Positions 31,463 to 35,455 of a stretch of 35,455 nt of DNA are shown here, piece after piece. Below the pieces are notes generated by a model. That model saw only the letters and a program-made list of their open reading frames with translations. It had not been told where the DNA came from and searched no databases. A program made the position numbers and the translations under genes. The DNA is from an uncultured Muribaculaceae bacterium (GTDB taxonomy: Bacteria; Bacillota_I; Bacilli_A; RF39; UBA660). The stretch lies in the NCBI GenBank assembly GCA_964616645.1, contig CAZTUM010000003.1, positions 1 through 35,455 of the forward strand, written 5' to 3'. How positions within the stretch are numbered: the first letter of the stretch is position 1; the number at the start of each line of letters is the position of its first letter.

Positions 31463-33670
31463 ATGAAGGTATATATTAAAGGGAATATTAGTAGTATTAT
31501 TTATAGTAATGAGAGTAATGGATATACAGTAGGAATATTTAAAATTAAAGAAACAAATAGTGATATAGAGCAATTAAAGGGTAGTGTTAGTTTTGTAGGT
31601 ATATTTCATGAATTAAGAGAGAAAGTTAATTATATATTTTATGGTAATACTAAAATACATCCTAAATATGGATTTCAATTTGAAGTAGAGGAATATGAGA
31701 TAGTTAAACCTACTAAGAAAGAGGAAATTATAGCTTTTTTATCAAGTGATTTATTTCCAATAGGAGAAAAAACCGCGGAGGCTATATATAAGAAATTAGG
31801 TAATGATACAATTAATTTAATACTTAATAATAAAGATGTTTTAATAGGGATACCTAGATTAAAAGAGGATAAGATTAATAGGATATATGATTTATTAAAA
31901 GATTATCAATATAGTAATACTATTATATTAAAGTTAACTGAATTAGGTTTTACTTTAAAGCAATCATTGTCTATTTATGCAAAGTATAAAAATAGAACTT
32001 TAGATATAATTAATGATAATATATATATGATTATAGATGATATAGATATATCTTTTGGTAATGTTGATGAAATAGCTATAAATATGGGGATATTACCTAA
32101 TGATGAGAGGAGATTATTAGCATTATTGGTATATATTATATCTAACATATGTTTTAGTCTTGGGAGTACTTATGCAATTGAGTCTGAAATTAAGTATGAA
32201 TTAGATAAATATGTAGATGATATTAATTCTGATGAATTAGAATATTTATTTATTAAATTAAATAGATTAGGTAAATTAAAAATAGAAGGAAGTAATTATT
32301 ATCTTTCATCATTTTATAATGCGGAGCATTATATAGCTAAGAGGATATATTATATTAATAATATAGAGAAACAGTATGATACTAAAAAGATATATAAATA
32401 TATAGAGATATTAGAGAAAGAAAATAATATTAAATATGATGAGTTACAAAAGAAAGCTATAGTTAGTGCTATATGTAATAATTTTACTGTAATAACAGGA
32501 GGTCCTGGTACTGGGAAAACTACTATTATAAAATGTATTGTAAGTATTTTAAAAGATGTTTTAAAGGTTAGGGATGAAGATATTGCTTTGTTATCACCTA
32601 CAGGGAGAGCATCTAAAAGAATGAGTGAGGCTGTAAATATGCCTTCTTATACAATACATAGATATTTAAAATGGGATAAGGATAGTAATTCTTTTAGTGT
32701 TAATGAGTTTAATCCTAGTATGGAAAAATATATTATAGTTGATGAGGTTAGTATGGTAGATACTCTTCTTATGGAGAGTTTATTAAAAGGAGTTAAAAAG
32801 GATGTTAAGATTATTTTAGTAGGGGATTATAATCAGTTGCCTAGTGTTAGAGAAGGGCAAGTATTAAAAGATATAATAGATAGTGAGGTAGTTAATGTTA
32901 TTACTTTGAATTCTTTGTATAGGCAGAATGAAAATTCATATATAGTAGAGTTGGCTTATGATATTAAAAATAGATGTGTAGAAGATAGTTTTACTGTTAA
33001 AAAAGATGATTATAATTTTATTGAGATAGATAGTAGTTTGGTTAAAGATACTATAGTTAAATTAGTGAATAAGGCAATAGAAAAGGGTTATAATGATAGT
33101 AGTATACAGATTCTTGCTCCTATGTATAAAGGAGAGAATGGAATAGATATTTTAAATAGTATTTTAAAAGAATTATTTAATCCACCTAGTTATGATAAGA
33201 AAGAAATTAAAGTAGGGGATGTAATATATCGTGTTGGTGATAAAGTATTACAACTTGTAAATGATACAGAGGATAATGTTTATAATGGAGATATTGGTTA
33301 TATAGTAGATATTGTATCTTCTAAATATTCTTTATCTAAAAAAAATGAGATACATATTTCTTTTTATGGGAATACTGTTATATATACACCTTCTAAATTT
33401 ATTAATATTACACATGGATATGCTATTAGTATACATAAATCTCAAGGTAGTGAATTTGATATGGTTATAATGCCTGTTGTAAAATCTTTTAAAAGAATGT
33501 TATATAATAAATTAATATATACAGGTATAACAAGAGCAAAGAAAGTATTATTATTAGTAGGGGATAAGAATAGTTTTATGTATGGAGTTAATAATACTTC
33601 GTTAGATAGTAGAAGAACAACATTAAAAGATTTATTAATTAATATGTATAATAATAAAGATAATGTTTAA
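31463..33670 (+). CDS. recD2: RecD2-type SF1B ATP-dependent DNA helicase
   Basis: Start set at ATG 31463 (RBS AAGAGGTG). N-terminal IKGNISSIIYSNESNGYTVGIFK, Walker A GGPGTGKTT, Walker B IIVDEVSMVD, GDYNQLPSV, and the C-terminal HKSQGSEFD and YTGITRAK motifs. Confidence 0.9.
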   Translation: MKVYIKGNISSIIYSNESNGYTVGIFKIKETNSDIEQLKGSVSFVGIFHELREKVNYIFYGNTKIHPKYGFQFEVEEYEIVKPTKKEEIIAFLSSDLFPIGEKTAEAIYKKLGNDTINLILNNKDVLIGIPRLKEDKINRIYDLLKDYQYSNTIILKLTELGFTLKQSLSIYAKYKNRTLDIINDNIYMIIDDIDISFGNVDEIAINMGILPNDERRLLALLVYIISNICFSLGSTYAIESEIKYELDKYVDDINSDELEYLFIKLNRLGKLKIEGSNYYLSSFYNAEHYIAKRIYYINNIEKQYDTKKIYKYIEILEKENNIKYDELQKKAIVSAICNNFTVITGGPGTGKTTIIKCIVSILKDVLKVRDEDIALLSPTGRASKRMSEAVNMPSYTIHRYLKWDKDSNSFSVNEFNPSMEKYIIVDEVSMVDTLLMESLLKGVKKDVKIILVGDYNQLPSVREGQVLKDIIDSEVVNVITLNSLYRQNENSYIVELAYDIKNRCVEDSFTVKKDDYNFIEIDSSLVKDTIVKLVNKAIEKGYNDSSIQILAPMYKGENGIDILNSILKELFNPPSYDKKEIKVGDVIYRVGDKVLQLVNDTEDNVYNGDIGYIVDIVSSKYSLSKKNEIHISFYGNTVIYTPSKFINITHGYAISIHKSQGSEFDMVIMPVVKSFKRMLYNKLIYTGITRAKKVLLLVGDKNSFMYGVNNTSLDSRRTTLKDLLINMYNNKDNV

Positions 33671-33723
33671 AATAATTAATGGTACAATGTACCCATCTTA
33701 TTTTTCGATAGGAGTGATAAATA

Positions 33724-33870
33724 ATGAAAAAATGTATGTGTTTAGCTCTTACTACTGGTATGGGAATACTTCTTTATACACAAATAAAAAATGGTAATAT
33801 GAAGAAGTTAATTGAGAAGTGTAAAACTAAAGAGTTAGAAGTAGTAAGTGAATTGGAAAATATGATGTAA
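33724..33870 (+). CDS. 48-aa small membrane protein (not in the ORF track)
   Basis: RBS AGGAGTG lies 9 nt upstream. Translation is MKKCMCLALTTGMGILLYTQIKNGNMKKLIEKCKTKELEVVSELENMM. A hairpin terminator follows directly. Confidence 0.4.
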   Translation: MKKCMCLALTTGMGILLYTQIKNGNMKKLIEKCKTKELEVVSELENMM

Positions 33871-33876
33871 TAATAA

Positions 33877-33906
33877 AAGTTCCTATTAAATTAGGAGCTT
33901 TTATTT
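33877..33906 (+). terminator. Rho-independent terminator
   Basis: AAGTTCCTA (33877-33885) pairs with TAGGAGCTT (33892-33900) at 8 of 9 positions around a 6-nt loop, followed by TTATTT. Confidence 0.5.
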
Positions 33907-33961
33907 ATATTAAAACTGGTAATTATATAAAAAATATGTTAAAATAATTTTGGTGATTATA

Positions 33962-34843
33962 ATGGGAAAAGTATATTTTACAAGAGAAATAAATAGTGAT
34001 AGCTTAATTAAAATGTATGAATGTTTAAATGAACCTTTAAAAGGGAATATTGCAGTTAAAATATCAACAGGTGAATTAGGAGGACATAATTATTTAAAAC
34101 CAGCATTAATAAAAGATTTAGTTAGTAAATTAAATGGTACTATTGTTGAATGTAATACTGCATATAAAGGGAAACGTAATACTACTTGTGAACATTTAGA
34201 AGTAATAAAAAAACATGGCTTTTTAGATATTGCTAATGTTGATATAATGGATAGTGAAGGAGAAATATCTCTACCTATTGAAAATGGTAAACACTTAAAG
34301 GAAAATATTGTAGGTAGTCATCTAAAAAACTATAATTCTATGCTTGTTTTATCACATTTTAAAGGACATCAAATGGGAGGATTTGGAGGAGCATTAAAAA
34401 ATATGTCAATAGGAGTAGCATCAAGCAGTGGTAAAGCTAATATACATACATCTGGTAAAACTAAAGAGGTAGATAAATTATGGGATAATTTACCTAATCA
34501 AGATGACTTTTTAGAGTCTATGGTGGAAGCAGATAAAACTGTAATAGACTATATGGATAATATAGTATATATTAATGTTATGAATAATTTATCTATTGAT
34601 TGTGATTGTAGTAGCAATCCAGCTTCACCTTGTATGAAAGATATAGGAATATTATCATCAAAAGACCCAGTTTCTTTAGATAAAGCTTGCTTAGATTTAA
34701 TATATAATTCGTCTGACCAAGGTAAATTTAGTTTTATTGAAAGAGTAGAAAAACAACATGGAGCATATATACTAGAATATGCTGAAGAATTAAATATTGG
34801 TACTAAAGAATATGAATTAATTGATATAGATAATTTAAGTTGA
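33962..34843 (+). CDS. DUF362-domain protein (uncharacterised Fe-S-centre protein family)
   Basis: MGKVYFT start, NIAVKISTGE, LKPALIKDLV, GTIVECNTAY, SHFKGH..GGFGGALKN.SIG and a C-terminal CDC. These resemble DUF362/COG2768 proteins as I recall them. Confidence 0.6.
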   Translation: MGKVYFTREINSDSLIKMYECLNEPLKGNIAVKISTGELGGHNYLKPALIKDLVSKLNGTIVECNTAYKGKRNTTCEHLEVIKKHGFLDIANVDIMDSEGEISLPIENGKHLKENIVGSHLKNYNSMLVLSHFKGHQMGGFGGALKNMSIGVASSSGKANIHTSGKTKEVDKLWDNLPNQDDFLESMVEADKTVIDYMDNIVYINVMNNLSIDCDCSSNPASPCMKDIGILSSKDPVSLDKACLDLIYNSSDQGKFSFIERVEKQHGAYILEYAEELNIGTKEYELIDIDNLS

Positions 34844-34906
34844 TAATCTAAATATTATTAACTTTTTTTATTTATGAAAAAAAACTAAAAAAATATATAA
34901 ATCCTG

Positions 34907-34915
34907 TGCTATAAT
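34907..34915 (+). promoter_or_regulatory. Extended -10 element (TGcTATAAT) upstream of the deaminase gene
   Basis: TG at 34907-34908 and TATAAT at 34910-34915, 24 nt before the ATG. Confidence 0.4.
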
Positions 34916-34939
34916 TGAATGTAGATGAGGAGAAGTATT

Positions 34940-35422
34940 ATGAAAGAGGATATAAATAATTATTATATGGATATTGCATGTTTAGAAAAAGAAAAATCAA
35001 CATGTGTAAGAAGAGGAGTAGGTGCTGTAATAGTTAAAAATAATATGATTATTGGAAGAGGGTATAATCATACTGTTAAAGGAAGTATACCATGTACAGA
35101 AGATACTTGTATTAGGAAAAAAAATAATATTGTAAGTGGTACTAGACAAGAATATTGTATGGCAATACATGCAGAACAATCTGCGATTATAGATGCTTAT
35201 AGAAATGGTTATACTACAGAAAATAGTACTATGTATATAACAGATTCACCTTGTGTTATATGTGCTAGATTGATATGTGAATTTGGTATAACAAAAGTTT
35301 ATTACAAAGATAGTTATCCAGATGAATTGTCTTTTAAAATTTTAAGTAATGCAAGTATTGATACTTACAAGATTGATAATTATAAAGTAAAGAAAAAAAG
35401 TAAAAAGATGGATGTGATATAG
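34940..35422 (+). CDS. comEB: Deoxycytidylate (dCMP) deaminase, ComEB-type
   Basis: Start set at ATG 34940 (RBS GAGGAG). Zinc motifs HAEQSAI and PCVICARLI. The N-terminal YYMDIA...S.C.RR.VGAVIVK is typical of the family. Confidence 0.88.
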   Translation: MKEDINNYYMDIACLEKEKSTCVRRGVGAVIVKNNMIIGRGYNHTVKGSIPCTEDTCIRKKNNIVSGTRQEYCMAIHAEQSAIIDAYRNGYTTENSTMYITDSPCVICARLICEFGITKVYYKDSYPDELSFKILSNASIDTYKIDNYKVKKKSKKMDVI

Positions 35423-35455
35423 TGGAACAAAATATGACAAGGAATTTTAGTATTA

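Noticed and set aside
33681-33705. GGTAC-AAT-GTACC hairpin after recD2, considered as a terminator.
   Set aside because: It has a 5-bp stem and a 3-nt loop, and the T-run is separated from it by 7 nt. That is too weak to call with confidence.
1-35455. CRISPR arrays, tRNA/rRNA genes, transposases, integrases and phage structural genes.
   Set aside because: I saw no regularly spaced repeats, no GC-rich tRNA-like cloverleaf segments (for example no GGTTCGA T-arm) and no recombinase-like translations in any listed ORF.
1-35455. Mollicutes-type genetic code (TGA read as Trp), considered because of the extreme AT content.
   Set aside because: Trp is encoded by TGG throughout (for example in leuS). 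The long ORFs are intact under the standard code, and yidD terminates at a TGA that overlaps the next gene's ATG.
35434-35455. Possible start of a further gene (ATGACAAGGAATTTTAGTATTA) after the deaminase gene, which would be comEC by Bacillus synteny.
   Set aside because: Only seven codons fall inside the window, which is too little to support any call.

Overview
Very AT-rich chromosomal segment (roughly one quarter G+C by eye), standard genetic code (Trp is TGG; yidD ends in TGA). It most likely comes from a low-GC Bacillota of an endospore-forming lineage, because the order radC-mreC-mreD-spoIVFA-spoIVFB-rplU-prp-rpmA matches Bacillus-type synteny. No rRNA, tRNA, CRISPR array, transposase or integrase was seen. 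Housekeeping content: leuS (5'-truncated), an ApbE/FMN-bind extracytoplasmic flavinylation cluster, a SEDS protein, yidD, lexA with SOS boxes, an SDR, DUF1015, a NodB deacetylase, an acyltransferase/acyl-CoA ligase operon, radC, mreCD, spoIVFA/B-like genes, the L21-Prp-L27 operon, recD2, DUF362 and dCMP deaminase. Candidates for something new, best first. (1) A 3.1-kb insertion on the opposite strand, bracketed by perfect 34-bp direct repeats (16666-16699 and 19766-19799). It carries a membrane-anchored XRE regulator, a secreted C39-like cysteine peptidase and a membrane-anchored repeat protein, with no recombinase. (2) Two loci that each encode a giant secreted protein followed by small membrane-anchored partner proteins. 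One giant protein has a canonical type IV prepilin signal and no pilus machinery nearby. The other has a TasA/SipW-like signal. Both have Ig-like DNTPP-delimited modules and a very Cys-rich C-terminal tail. (3) The lexA neighbourhood: a ClpX paralog with an unrecognised ~205-aa N-domain lies just downstream of lexA, and an unlisted 44-aa membrane peptide lies behind a LexA-boxed divergent promoter. (4) A phospholipid operon containing a CDP-alcohol phosphatidyltransferase-acyltransferase fusion. (5) Every CGCG in the window sits inside CCGCG/CGCGG, and CCGCGG looks strongly over-represented. All family calls come from reading motifs in the translations, not from database searches.
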